Source: Pyrinomonadaceae bacterium (GTDB taxonomy: Bacteria > Acidobacteriota > Blastocatellia > Pyrinomonadales > Pyrinomonadaceae). Taken from it: a stretch of 64,000 nt of DNA. The notes below the pieces were generated by a model. It searched no databases. It had not been told where the DNA came from and worked only from the letters and a program-made list of their open reading frames with translations. The position numbers and the translations under genes were made by a program. Location of the stretch: the NCBI GenBank assembly GCA_041499185.1, contig JBGQJU010000012.1, forward strand, positions 4,790-68,789, written 5' to 3'. Positions 35,742-45,765 of this stretch are shown here, piece by piece (the stretch's first letter is position 1; every line of letters starts with the position of its first letter).

Positions 35742-37310
35742 TTAGTTTCCCTTTGTTCCGCGATCCGGTATGACAATCGTCGCGGTTGGACTCTGTTCGA
35801 GCAAGCTTGGTGGTGCCGTCGCCGGTGCGGCTTCGACGAGTGGTTGTATGGTCTGTGCTTGTGTTCTCTCGGGTGTGGTCCACCCGCTGGTTGCCACGCC
35901 AGCGTTTTTTCTTTCGCCCAGACGAAAGCCACACTTGCCACACTTGCCGATCTTTTGGGACATCAGACGATGTACGCTGCTTTTCTTGCAGTTAGGACAT
36001 TCGATCAAAGGATGCTCGCAGAGCACACACTCAACACAGTCAGGCTCGATCGAGCCCTTGCATTCTGGATTGGGGCAGGGAATTTTCTGAGTAGGATCGA
36101 ACGCGCCAGACTTGGGCGGAGGTTTCGGCGGGATTTCGATGATGGGCTTCTCGCTCTGCAGGTAAACGACCGGCGTGCCGAAGCGCTTGTCACTCCAACT
36201 TCCTTTACCTCCATATTCCGGCAGACCCAAAGCGGCACGGCCTTTCCTTACAGCTTCGTCTACATCGCTGCCCGTCCCAAGCTCCTCGTAAAATACCTTC
36301 GCAAAGACCGCGGCAACCTCTGGCTTAATCGTGTACTGCATAGCAATCACGGCGGGGACTTTGGCCCCGGCGAGCTCGCGCGCTAGATCGGAAAAGCCTT
36401 CCAGCGTGTCGGACTTCGCGCCTTCGCAAGCGTGAAGAAATACGAGTCGAGGCGGCGGGTCGTCAGAGAACAGATCGCAAATCGTTTGGCTGTTGTACCA
36501 GGCTGCTTTTGGCGGCAACTTATTCTGTTTCCTCTGTTCGCATTCTTCCTCGGTCATCTGCAAGGCGAGACCGAGTTTCTTGTCACCGTGGCCGATGAAA
36601 TGAACGATGTGCGGTTTGAATGCCTCTTCACCGGGCTGCTCCGGTTCGTTGATCGCGTCTTTGAGTTCTGCATAAGTCGGGTTGTTGATTTCCTTGACCT
36701 TCACTTGCGAATCCGGTTGCTCGAGCGCCTTTATTGTCTCGATAGCGTCTTTCGTCTCCTTCGTGTTGAGGTCGTCCAGATCGTAGTCATTCGGGTTAGA
36801 AAACACTATCAGAATACGCAGCTCTTTCTCTTTTTCTCCGAGTCGGTGTTCGACGTCCGGCATGAACCGAGCCAGAATTAACTCTGGGTTCTTGCCCGCG
36901 AGGAAAAACCCCTTGCGCTCCTCTTTCTCCGGCGTCTTCTGCCGCAGCGGCATGTACAGAAATTCCCACGGATAATTCGCCAGCTCTCCCGCAGCTTTAT
37001 GAAAGACCAATGTTAATCGCAAACGGCTGCCTTTCTGGTCCGGGCGCATAACAAAATCGTAGTTGCCTTCAAACTCATCGCGAATGTCCGATTGGGGTGG
37101 GAACAGGAGATCGTAAAGACACAAACCGAGCAGCTCCAGATCGTCGCGCTCGTTCAACCGGTCACTGCTGACCCAGTAGTTGAAACGCCTGAGCAACCTT
37201 TTGTCCAGTTCCGAGACGCGAATCTTCCCAGGCCGCGGCTTGTTGAAGACGTCGTGATAAACGACCTCCTCTTCGTTCTTCAGCTCGATCTTGCACGTGT
37301 AGACGGGCAT
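35742..37310 (-). CDS. CHAT-domain caspase-like protease with a C-terminal double zinc ribbon
   Basis: Catalytic dyad contexts HIVHFIGHGD and LVFLHACEGA. C-terminal IPCPNPECKGSIEPDCVECVLCEHPLIECPNCKKSSVHRLMSQKIGKCGKCGF. Confidence 0.8.
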   Translation of the reverse strand: MPVYTCKIELKNEEEVVYHDVFNKPRPGKIRVSELDKRLLRRFNYWVSSDRLNERDDLELLGLCLYDLLFPPQSDIRDEFEGNYDFVMRPDQKGSRLRLTLVFHKAAGELANYPWEFLYMPLRQKTPEKEERKGFFLAGKNPELILARFMPDVEHRLGEKEKELRILIVFSNPNDYDLDDLNTKETKDAIETIKALEQPDSQVKVKEINNPTYAELKDAINEPEQPGEEAFKPHIVHFIGHGDKKLGLALQMTEEECEQRKQNKLPPKAAWYNSQTICDLFSDDPPPRLVFLHACEGAKSDTLEGFSDLARELAGAKVPAVIAMQYTIKPEVAAVFAKVFYEELGTGSDVDEAVRKGRAALGLPEYGGKGSWSDKRFGTPVVYLQSEKPIIEIPPKPPPKSGAFDPTQKIPCPNPECKGSIEPDCVECVLCEHPLIECPNCKKSSVHRLMSQKIGKCGKCGFRLGERKNAGVATSGWTTPERTQAQTIQPLVEAAPATAPPSLLEQSPTATIVIPDRGTKGN

Positions 37311-37357
37311 TCTTTATCACCTTATTACCTTTTCAACGCCGACGTGGCCATCAGTAT

Positions 37358-38455
37358 TCAGTCCAGGATCGCGACCGACTTGCGTCTAACACGATCGAGC
37401 CGCTGGCTGATGCCTCGCAGTTCAGTGTCCGCGTTGATCAGTTCTTCTTGCTGTTCGCCTCCCATAACGGCGCTCGAGGCCTGAACCTTTTTGTGGTTGC
37501 TTTCCATCAGCGCGCGACATTCGTCCGCCAACGCGTCGGCCTGAGTGGTAACAAGATCGGGACTCAAGGACATCATTTGACAAAGCGTAGTCCAATTAGC
37601 TTGCGCGCTCTTCCATCTCTCTCGGTCCTTCGTCCACGACTCCGCCAGTGCGACTTTCCATTGCCCATAGAACGAAAGCTTAGTGAAGTCATCGCGCTTT
37701 GTCGTTTGTCTGATGCTGTAAAGGACATAGTTGGCGGCCGTAAAAGCGGTGGCCGTTTCAAGCGAATCGCCGAAGAGCAACTCGTTGTTTTTGACCCACA
37801 ACTTGTTCACGTCAATCTTGACGTTGCCGGAGTCGATTAAAGCAAAGTAGCCGGGCCCAAAGTCATCGACCGGATCAAATTCTTTGCGCAAACCGATGAT
37901 TGGCTGATTAGTCTCATCGCCGGCGACCACGTCCACAACTGTTTCGACTAAAGCGTCGGCGATCTTGATGTAGGTTGCCAGCGCCTGTGAAAAGTCGAGC
38001 ACTGAAGCAACCTTCTCGATTACTTTCAGCAGCTTCTTTGCCAGATCGTCGCGCCTGACCTGATAAAGCAGAACGGTCAGTTTCAAGCCCCCGCCCTTGT
38101 ATGGATGTATGCCGGCGACCTTGGTGTCCGAGAATACAAAACCTGATGGCAGCCTTATCTTGTCTTTCTCCAGCAAGCTGGGCCCAACGACGAAAGGCAC
38201 AACCATCGTCTCTTCGTTGTAATCGAACTCGGATACGACAAGCGCCATGGGCGCGTACTCGGTCCAGAGTTGCCGTTCGTACTTTATGAAGATCTGATTC
38301 ACCCTGACTACGAAGTAGTGTTCATCTCTCCGAAAGGCCTCTCCCAATTTCCGGTCAACATGACTTTGCGGGACAGGGTAATGAGTAGGCAGAATCGCCG
38401 GACTGTGTTGGACCCCGTCCCAGAAATCGCTCCACCAATCTCCTAACGTCGGCAT
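37358..38455 (-). CDS. hypothetical protein (365 aa), first gene of the CHAT operon
   Basis: Long ORF with coding-like composition, 47 bp upstream of the CHAT gene on the same strand. I recognise no family motif. Confidence 0.65.
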   Translation of the reverse strand: MPTLGDWWSDFWDGVQHSPAILPTHYPVPQSHVDRKLGEAFRRDEHYFVVRVNQIFIKYERQLWTEYAPMALVVSEFDYNEETMVVPFVVGPSLLEKDKIRLPSGFVFSDTKVAGIHPYKGGGLKLTVLLYQVRRDDLAKKLLKVIEKVASVLDFSQALATYIKIADALVETVVDVVAGDETNQPIIGLRKEFDPVDDFGPGYFALIDSGNVKIDVNKLWVKNNELLFGDSLETATAFTAANYVLYSIRQTTKRDDFTKLSFYGQWKVALAESWTKDRERWKSAQANWTTLCQMMSLSPDLVTTQADALADECRALMESNHKKVQASSAVMGGEQQEELINADTELRGISQRLDRVRRKSVAILD

Positions 38456-38861
38456 CGGAGTGTCCTCCCTGAATCAGTTGGCTGAGTGCTTACCGCCGCC
38501 AGTTGGCGCAAGCGGACCGCTATTTTTTCACCGTGTTTCAGGCTTGCTGAGAAGCAAGGTAGCGTCCGCATGTATAAACCAGAATCAGTTGCGGGTCAAC
38601 GCCCAGCGAACATAGATGCCGGCGCCGTCTGCCAGAAACCCTGCTTGAGCCAAGTCGCGGCGAGGTATGGTGGTAGCTTAATAGCAACGATGAGTAGTGT
38701 CTGCGGATTTCCAGACTGGGTTGACAGCGGCAACTACGTGAATCAACCGAGAGCCGGCAATTCAGTGGTGCCGAGAATGCCTAAGATAGGTGACTTCTGA
38801 ACAGACCTGCTTTCGGAAATCAATCTAAGATCGAAAAATGCATCAGCACACCTGGCTTCCC

Positions 38862-40844
38862 TTACTGCCCGCGCCGGAAGAAAACGCGGGGACCGAAACC
38901 ATTGTTAATCGCCGCGGCCTCGGGAACGCCAAGCACGTTTCGCACGATGGTCAACTGCGCGAGGATGCGTGGTTCGGCAAGCTGGAATTTATTCGCCGTG
39001 GTCTGCGCGCGATCGAAGTCGATCTTCGCCAGCCTGGCTAGTTGTTGCCCGTATTGCGATACCATTCCCCCCAGATCGCTGCCGCCATGCATTGGTAACT
39101 CGCCATCCTTGAAAATATCCACTTCGAAACCGCTGAGTAGGGCGGCGGCAGAGAGCAGCTCATTAAGCTGCGCGATGCCCGGATCGAGCACTTCGAAACT
39201 GCGCGCCGGTTCCAGCGCCGCAAACGCCTGCGCCACTCTGAGTTGCTGCTCGAATTGCTGATAGTTTATGGCGTGGCGATTTGTGAGACGCTGCGCTTCG
39301 CCCAGAAACTTCACCGCGAGTTTGGTGTCGTTCTTTTGCGCCATCGCGGACAACAGCAATAACAGATCGATGCGCTCATCGTCCGAACGCAAACTTGCAA
39401 GCGTCTGTCGCAACTGATCGTTGTTTTCAGTCTCGACCTTTTGCGCCATCACCTGAAAGTCTACCTTTTGCAGCACGGCGTCGCGCGTCGCGGAATCAAG
39501 ATGGTCATTGGCGATCTGACGAGCGCGGTCCACATTGCCTTCGTCAAGCGCTTTTTGCGCGGCCTGCTGATAAAGCCTCGACTGAAGCGGTGGTGGCGCG
39601 GTGGGCGCGAGGGCCAGAAGGCTGTCCGCGGTTCCCTGCTGCATGAGACTATTGAGCTGATTGAAGGCCTGTCGCGGATTATTGCCCATACCGATCTCGG
39701 TCATTTTGTTGCGCACCGCAGTCGCCCGAGAAGGAAGATATTGATCAATCTGTGGCAGCAGTGCTTGCAACCCCGACAACAGTCGTCGCGCGTTTTGCTG
39801 CTCGATCTGTCCGTCAGTGGGTGTGCTTTGATCGGTATTCTGTGCGCCACCAAAATTGCCTCGGCCGCGAGCATTGTTTGGGCCTCGCTGATTGTTGGCT
39901 GGCGGCGGTGTGGCCCTCAGCGCCGCATCGATTACCGTATTCATCAAATCCTGGAAAGATGATTCGCCGAGTACGGGGGTTCCCGCTCGATACGCGATCG
40001 CCTGGTTCGACGCCGGTTGATTCGAGCCAGGTTGATTTGACGCCGCCTGGTTCGCAACTGCCGGCGTGCCGTTTGTGGCAGTTTGTGCGGGTCGCGGCCC
40101 CGGTCGCAAAAGATTCAACGCCAGATTTTCCGCCTCTAAGTTGGCGAGCATATTCTCCGACTGCAACTTGCTTACTACTTTCGCCGTCAGTTTTGTGGCT
40201 GCTTCATTGTCCTGAATCTGTAGCTCGGCGAGCACCTGGCTCAGGGTGCTTGGGTACTGGCCTTTCGCCAGCGCCTCTTCGGTCTTTTGCGCCGCCAGCT
40301 TTGGATCGATCGCGGCCACTCGCGCCAGCAGACTCTGCTCCAGATTGGCGTCGAAGTTTGGCCGGCGGAAATTATTGCCGGTGTCGGGTGTGGTTGTTAA
40401 CGAGCGGGTCACCGCCAGCAGTTGATAAGCCAGGGGCGCATCGTGCTGCGCCGCGGTCATCACCAACTCCTGCCGCAACTGAGCCGCCCAGCGCTGCATA
40501 TTGCCATCAGTGTTTCGCATCATCTCAGCGACGCCGTCGCCGGCAAGAGAGAACAGCGAACGCGCACGCGCCTCGCTGCGCTTCCACAAGAGGTCCGCCG
40601 CCGTGATCTGAACGCGGATGCGATTCTCAGGCAGCTTGAGCGTCTGCGCCTGATCGAGAACCTGATCGAGCAACGCGACCGCCTTCTTTTCCGCGGCCTC
40701 CTTCGCCTTCTGCTGCTCTTCGTCCGTCTGTTGCGTGGTTGGCGATGGCTGGGTCGCAGTATCCTGCGCCGCGACCGCTGCGGCAGCGCCAAGGATCAAC
40801 GATAGTGCGACAAGAAGACGGGCAAGTCTTACCTTTATCATCAT
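38862..40844 (-). CDS. secreted alpha-helical repeat protein with a Q/N/P-rich linker (function unknown)
   Basis: Signal peptide MMIKVRLARLLVALSLILGAAAAVAAQD. The low-complexity centre NQAASNQPGSNQPASNQ is flanked by helical-repeat regions. Confidence 0.65.
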   Translation of the reverse strand: MMIKVRLARLLVALSLILGAAAAVAAQDTATQPSPTTQQTDEEQQKAKEAAEKKAVALLDQVLDQAQTLKLPENRIRVQITAADLLWKRSEARARSLFSLAGDGVAEMMRNTDGNMQRWAAQLRQELVMTAAQHDAPLAYQLLAVTRSLTTTPDTGNNFRRPNFDANLEQSLLARVAAIDPKLAAQKTEEALAKGQYPSTLSQVLAELQIQDNEAATKLTAKVVSKLQSENMLANLEAENLALNLLRPGPRPAQTATNGTPAVANQAASNQPGSNQPASNQAIAYRAGTPVLGESSFQDLMNTVIDAALRATPPPANNQRGPNNARGRGNFGGAQNTDQSTPTDGQIEQQNARRLLSGLQALLPQIDQYLPSRATAVRNKMTEIGMGNNPRQAFNQLNSLMQQGTADSLLALAPTAPPPLQSRLYQQAAQKALDEGNVDRARQIANDHLDSATRDAVLQKVDFQVMAQKVETENNDQLRQTLASLRSDDERIDLLLLLSAMAQKNDTKLAVKFLGEAQRLTNRHAINYQQFEQQLRVAQAFAALEPARSFEVLDPGIAQLNELLSAAALLSGFEVDIFKDGELPMHGGSDLGGMVSQYGQQLARLAKIDFDRAQTTANKFQLAEPRILAQLTIVRNVLGVPEAAAINNGFGPRVFFRRGQ

Positions 40845-41042
40845 TGCTTACCTCACTTGAAAAACCTGGCTTGGGTTCGGCAATAATGCCCAATCGGGTT
40901 GAATTGATCGAGCCGCAGGCGGAAAAGCTCAGATCCTTTTTTCTCGAACCAGAAGTTTAGACGCATTTCACCCAGAGATGGTTGGGATCGTGCAGAAGAA
41001 TTCTTGTTCCGAAAGAGTCTTTTTGGCAGTAACCAGGTCAGC

Positions 41043-44000
41043 TCACGCCCGGCGGCTGAGGTAAGAACGCAATACCGGCGGCGTGCTCTTGCGCAGCAAA
41101 GCGCTCTTCGCTTTCCACTCCATCGCTCTGCTCATCTCGACCAGAAAGCGCGTCTCGCCTGATTCGAGTGCCGCCACCGGCGCGCCATCGCGATAAAGAA
41201 CTCGGTTAGCCGCATGCGCGGTGATGCGCCCGCCGGGTGTGATGATGCCGGCAAGATTCAGCGGGTCGGCGGCGCTGACGGAGATCAGGTTCTCGATCGC
41301 GGGTGCGCGTCGAATCGAGCGCACCATGCCGACGGCTTCAGCGAGTGCGAACTGCTCGCCCGAGATGCCTGCGACAAAGCGTCCGCCACGAATCTCGCCA
41401 CGCGCTTCGAGGCGATGATAGATACGCAACAGATCGCGCCACGGCAACATCAGGCCTTCGCGTTCGAGCAAGCGTTTGAAGACGACGCCATAACGCAACA
41501 ACAGGATGCGCGCGATCTTTTCTCCCGCTTCACGATCGCCAACGGCAGACAGGATGTCTGCGCTCCCAGCATTTCGTTGAAGTATGGACCAGCGGCCGGC
41601 GCTCGACATTTCATAGACCGCCTCACGCCGTTTCCTTCTTGCCCCCGCGTGCGTCTTGCGGTTAGCAGGCGTTAACAATGCGCGCAGACCGGTGAAACTG
41701 TCAGACGTGATCAGCCCGTAAGCTACTAACTCGCCGAGTGACTCTTCCACCTGACTGCGCAGGAGCTTCGTGCCGTCAACAATGTCACTGAAAAACGACG
41801 CGCCACGTGTAGCGAGATAGTCGTAGACGGACTGCGTGATCGTCGAGAAACCAGTCTCGCTGAGTGACGAGCTGGGAAAGACCGCGTTCCAGATCGCGAA
41901 GTTCTTTCGCTTGATCAAAGCAATCGGCGTCGTGCGCACCGGACCGGAGCTGCGCAGTTTTTCCGCGCCGTTCTTTGCCGACGCAGCCGGCGTCAGCCGC
42001 GCCCACATCACTTCGCCGGACAAACACAAGGCGTCAAGCCACGAGGGATCGTATTCAACCAGGCGGGCCGGCAACAACTCGCCTTCCCAGGCAGCAGCGG
42101 GCGCTTCGAAACCTTCCAACTGGTCGATCACTGCCGAGACGCTCTCGGGTCCTTCCATCTGATGGTCAGGGGCAACTTTTTGCCAGGCCAACAAGAACCG
42201 CACGAAGTCTGCGCCCGAGACGGGCTCGATTTCCTGACGCAGACGATTCAGCGTGTAGCTGTGAATGCGGGCAAGCAGACGACGCGCGCACCATTCAGTC
42301 TCCATCGTGCCGGGCGTAAACTTTCCGCGAATGACGAACCCTTCGGCTTCGAGTCGAAGCAGAGTACCCTCAATATCTTTCAATGCAAGCCCGGAAGAAG
42401 CAGCGAGACTTTCCGTAGTCGTTGGCCCAAGACCTTCGAGCCTGCCGCGAAGAATCTCAACCAGCGCGTCTTCGAAAGACCACGCCGTGCTTGAGTAGGT
42501 TGTTGGAGCTTCGATCGTCGGTTCAAGGGAAGCCGACGGGAAAACAGCTTGTAACTGAGGCAGACGCTCCGCGGCGATCCAAAGCGGCCCAGACGTCGCG
42601 GCTTTGCCGCTCGACAGTGCGGAAAGGCTCTGCCTTTCCGGCTCGACAGTTTCACTACCTTCGACGAGGCTGCGCCTCGCCGTTGCAGATAGGATGTTTG
42701 CGCTCCCGGCGTCAAGCACTGCAGCGCGCCTATCAGTCTTCAATTCGGCGAGAAACGGCTGCCACTCGCCGCCTTCCCTTTCAGTGATAAATCCCAACTC
42801 AACCAGCGCGTCGTGCAACTCGTCCGCATTCTCGACCTGCGGCCAGGCTTCTTCGCGCACGCGATCGATCGCCGCCTGATCCAGTCTGCCAATGTCCGCC
42901 GCCGTTTCCGGATCGAGCCAGCGGCGCTGAAACACTGCACGCGTGCGACGTTCCTCGAGCGGTGCGTCGTCAAGAAAGGCGTAGGGCCGTGCGTTCAGAA
43001 TCTCCTGCGCCAGCGGCGAGGCTTCGACCATCTCGCGCGCAATTAGATTCTTCTCGCCGCGCTCAATTTCCGTCAACAGCGCTTCGAGGCTGTCGACATC
43101 CATCGCCTCTTCCAGACAGTCGCGAACCGTTTGATTCACCAGCGGGTGATCGGGAATCTGAAGCTCGCCCGCGAGGTTCTCGGCGCAGGCTACCTGATCG
43201 GGAAAGACGGCTGTCAAAAGATCCTCCGCATCCATGCGCTGCAGTTGCGCGGGAATTTTCTTGCCGCCCCGGCGACGCAGCACCGCCAGCGCGCGCGAGA
43301 CGTTCCAACGCCAGCGAATATTCCACATCGGCGCGGCGAGTAAGGCCTGCTTCAACAATTCGCGCACCGTCTTCGAGTTCAAGTAACGAAACACATCGTC
43401 GAGCGGAAAACTGTGTGTCGGCCCGAGCGACAACACAATAGCGTCTTCGGTCGCCGCGGCCTGCAATTCAAAGTTGAATTTGCGACAGAAGCGCTTACGG
43501 AGGGCCAGTCCCCAGGCGCGATTCAAGCGACTGCCGAAAGGCGCATGTACGACCAACTGCATGCTGCCCGTGTCGTCAAAAAATCTTTCGAGCACAATGT
43601 TCTGTTGCGACGGCATGACACCGAGTGCCGCCTTGGCCGCTGCCAGATACTCGGCAATCTGTTCGGCGGCAGCTCGTGAGATTCCCACTTCATCAGTCAG
43701 CCAATTGACCGCCGCGGCGAAATCCACCGCTGGAAGCCGCTCGCCGCCCTCGTGCTCATCAACTTGATCGCGCTCATCAAGTGACGCGCTGCCGTTGCCA
43801 TTCAACAAAACTCGCCGGGCAATTTCTTCGCGCAGCCGCGATACAGATTCTGAAAGTTCATGCGTGCGCGCTGGCGCCTCGCCCAGCCAGAATGGAATCG
43901 ATGGCGGTTGCCCGTGCGCATCTTCGACGCGCACCTTGCCTTGTTCGACACGAAGCACCCGCCAGGACGTGTTACCAAGCTGAAAAATGTCGCCTTGCAG

Positions 44001-45659
44001 ACTCTCTATTGCAAAATCTTCGTTGACGGAACCGATCACTAAACCGCTCGGCTCGAGTACAACCGCATAATCAGCCGTGTCGGGAATGGCGCCGCCAGAA
44101 GTGATCGCCGCCAAACGCGCCCCGCGCCGCCCGCGCAGACGATGATTGACCGCGTCATGATGCAGATAAGCCGAGCGCCGGCCACGCTTGGTTGAAAAGC
44201 CTTCGGCGAGCATGCGCACCACCTCGTCAAAATCCTTACGCTCGAGATTGCGGTACGGATAAGCTCGTCCAACCATCGCAAACAGCGCATCTTCGGTCCA
44301 TTCTTCAGCCGCGACTGACGCCACTATCTGCTGAGCAAGAATGTCCAGAGGCTGTTCGGGAATCGAAACGCGATCGAGCTCTCCACGCCGCACGGAATCG
44401 ATCAGCGCGGCGCACTCGATCAATTCGTCACGCGACTGGGGAAAGATTCTTCCTTTTGGAAAACCCTCGACGGTGTGATTCGAGCGCCCGACTCGTTGTA
44501 GGAAACTGGCAATCGAACGCGTCGAGCCAAGCTGACAAACAAGATTCACGTCACCGATATCAATACCCAATTCAAGCGACGCGGTGGCAACAAGGGCGCT
44601 CAGTTCACCAGCCTTCAACCGTTGTTCAGCGGCGAGTCGCTGTTCGCGCGCGAGGCTGCCGTGGTGCGCGGCGATGTTTTCGTCGCCGATGCGCTCACCC
44701 AGATGGCGCGCCACACGCTCAGCTAACCGCCTCGTGTTTACAAAGATGAGTGTCGTCCGATGCTCTCTGATTAGTTGGGCAAGTCGATCGTAAACTTCAT
44801 CCCAAACTTCGCCTGACATCACTGCCTGCAGAGGCGACTGAGGCAGCTCGATCGCGATGTCGAGCTGGCGCACGTGGCCGCTGTCGATGATCGTGTAGAC
44901 CGGCGCGCCGTCTTCGCGAAGGTTCTGCGTGCCTACCAGAAAACGCGCGACTTCTTCGATTGGCCGCTGCGTCGCTGAAAGACCGATGCGCACGAGCTTT
45001 GGGTGTCGGGTGTCGGGTGTCGGGTGTCGGGATTCGAGATCTGGGTTTTGCGTTTCGCTTTCGTGTTGGGAAACGAGTTGCTCAAGCCGCTCCATCGAAA
45101 GGGCCAGATGTGATCCGCGCTTGTCGCCGACGACTGCGTGAATCTCGTCGACAATCAGCGTGCGCGCCGTCTGCAGCATGCGGCGGCCGCCTTCACTCGT
45201 CAGCAGTATGTAGAGCGATTCGGGCGTTGTGACGACGATGTGCGGAGGCCGCTTGATCATCGCGGTGCGCTCGGCTGCCGGGGTATCGCCAGTTCTAACC
45301 AACGTGCGAATGTTGACCTCTGGCAGGCCAAGCGCCAGCAATTCTTTCTGAATTCCTTCGAGCGGCTGCTGCAAATTGATCTGGATGTCGTTCGAGAGCG
45401 CCTTAAGCGGCGAGACGTAAACAACGTGCGTGGTATCGTCGAGTTTGCCTTCGAGACCCAGCCACACCAGGTCATCAATCGCCGCCAGAAACGCCGCGAG
45501 AGTTTTACCGGATCCGGTTGGCGCGGCAATCAGCGTGTTTTGCTGATTTTTGATCGCCGGCCACGCCATTTCCTGCGGCCGGGTCGCAGCGGGAAACTGC
45601 TTCGCGAACCAGTTCGCAACCGCTGGATGGAAAAGACTGGGGCTCATGGGTTCGGGCAT
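41043..45659 (-). CDS. lhr: Lhr-type large ATP-dependent DEAD/DEAH-box helicase
   Basis: [18 protein letters not shown] and HHGSL...R motifs. About 1540 aa, as in E. coli Lhr (1538 aa). The ATG at 45659 or 45647 is preferred; the longer ORF extends into the divergent promoter region. Confidence 0.85.
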   Translation of the reverse strand: MPEPMSPSLFHPAVANWFAKQFPAATRPQEMAWPAIKNQQNTLIAAPTGSGKTLAAFLAAIDDLVWLGLEGKLDDTTHVVYVSPLKALSNDIQINLQQPLEGIQKELLALGLPEVNIRTLVRTGDTPAAERTAMIKRPPHIVVTTPESLYILLTSEGGRRMLQTARTLIVDEIHAVVGDKRGSHLALSMERLEQLVSQHESETQNPDLESRHPTPDTRHPKLVRIGLSATQRPIEEVARFLVGTQNLREDGAPVYTIIDSGHVRQLDIAIELPQSPLQAVMSGEVWDEVYDRLAQLIREHRTTLIFVNTRRLAERVARHLGERIGDENIAAHHGSLAREQRLAAEQRLKAGELSALVATASLELGIDIGDVNLVCQLGSTRSIASFLQRVGRSNHTVEGFPKGRIFPQSRDELIECAALIDSVRRGELDRVSIPEQPLDILAQQIVASVAAEEWTEDALFAMVGRAYPYRNLERKDFDEVVRMLAEGFSTKRGRRSAYLHHDAVNHRLRGRRGARLAAITSGGAIPDTADYAVVLEPSGLVIGSVNEDFAIESLQGDIFQLGNTSWRVLRVEQGKVRVEDAHGQPPSIPFWLGEAPARTHELSESVSRLREEIARRVLLNGNGSASLDERDQVDEHEGGERLPAVDFAAAVNWLTDEVGISRAAAEQIAEYLAAAKAALGVMPSQQNIVLERFFDDTGSMQLVVHAPFGSRLNRAWGLALRKRFCRKFNFELQAAATEDAIVLSLGPTHSFPLDDVFRYLNSKTVRELLKQALLAAPMWNIRWRWNVSRALAVLRRRGGKKIPAQLQRMDAEDLLTAVFPDQVACAENLAGELQIPDHPLVNQTVRDCLEEAMDVDSLEALLTEIERGEKNLIAREMVEASPLAQEILNARPYAFLDDAPLEERRTRAVFQRRWLDPETAADIGRLDQAAIDRVREEAWPQVENADELHDALVELGFITEREGGEWQPFLAELKTDRRAAVLDAGSANILSATARRSLVEGSETVEPERQSLSALSSGKAATSGPLWIAAERLPQLQAVFPSASLEPTIEAPTTYSSTAWSFEDALVEILRGRLEGLGPTTTESLAASSGLALKDIEGTLLRLEAEGFVIRGKFTPGTMETEWCARRLLARIHSYTLNRLRQEIEPVSGADFVRFLLAWQKVAPDHQMEGPESVSAVIDQLEGFEAPAAAWEGELLPARLVEYDPSWLDALCLSGEVMWARLTPAASAKNGAEKLRSSGPVRTTPIALIKRKNFAIWNAVFPSSSLSETGFSTITQSVYDYLATRGASFFSDIVDGTKLLRSQVEESLGELVAYGLITSDSFTGLRALLTPANRKTHAGARRKRREAVYEMSSAGRWSILQRNAGSADILSAVGDREAGEKIARILLLRYGVVFKRLLEREGLMLPWRDLLRIYHRLEARGEIRGGRFVAGISGEQFALAEAVGMVRSIRRAPAIENLISVSAADPLNLAGIITPGGRITAHAANRVLYRDGAPVAALESGETRFLVEMSRAMEWKAKSALLRKSTPPVLRSYLSRRA
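45001..45035. repeat. heptanucleotide tandem repeat (GGGTGTC)4 + GGGATTC inside the lhr CDS
   Basis: Direct reading: gggtgtc gggtgtc gggtgtc gggtgtc gggattc. It encodes ...[12 protein letters not shown]... on the minus strand. Confidence 0.95.
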
Positions 45660-45765
45660 TATAACCGTACTCGCTGGAAATTGCACGTATGAATCACAAG
45701 CCCAACCGTGAAACGGCTTCGCGCCTTTGCTCCTTTGCGTCTTTGCGTGAAACAATTCTGAGCCT

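Noticed and set aside
35739-36386. 215-aa plus-strand ORF
   Set aside because: It is antisense to the zinc-ribbon/C-terminal part of the CHAT protease gene.
37358-38455. Calling the 365-aa protein a bacterial gasdermin
   Set aside because: Only the operon context and a rough beta-core plus helical-tail layout suggest it. I cannot see sequence homology or the N-terminal cysteine reported for several bacterial gasdermins. I therefore report it as hypothetical, with the idea kept as a testable inference.
38486-38800. 104-aa plus-strand ORF in the 406-bp intergenic region upstream of the CHAT operon
   Set aside because: It has no ribosome-binding site, an odd composition and no motifs. The region is more plausibly the promoter or leader of the minus-strand operon.
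39752-40606. 284-aa plus-strand ORF
   Set aside because: It is antisense to the 660-aa secreted protein gene and has a Pro/Arg/Ala-rich shadow composition.
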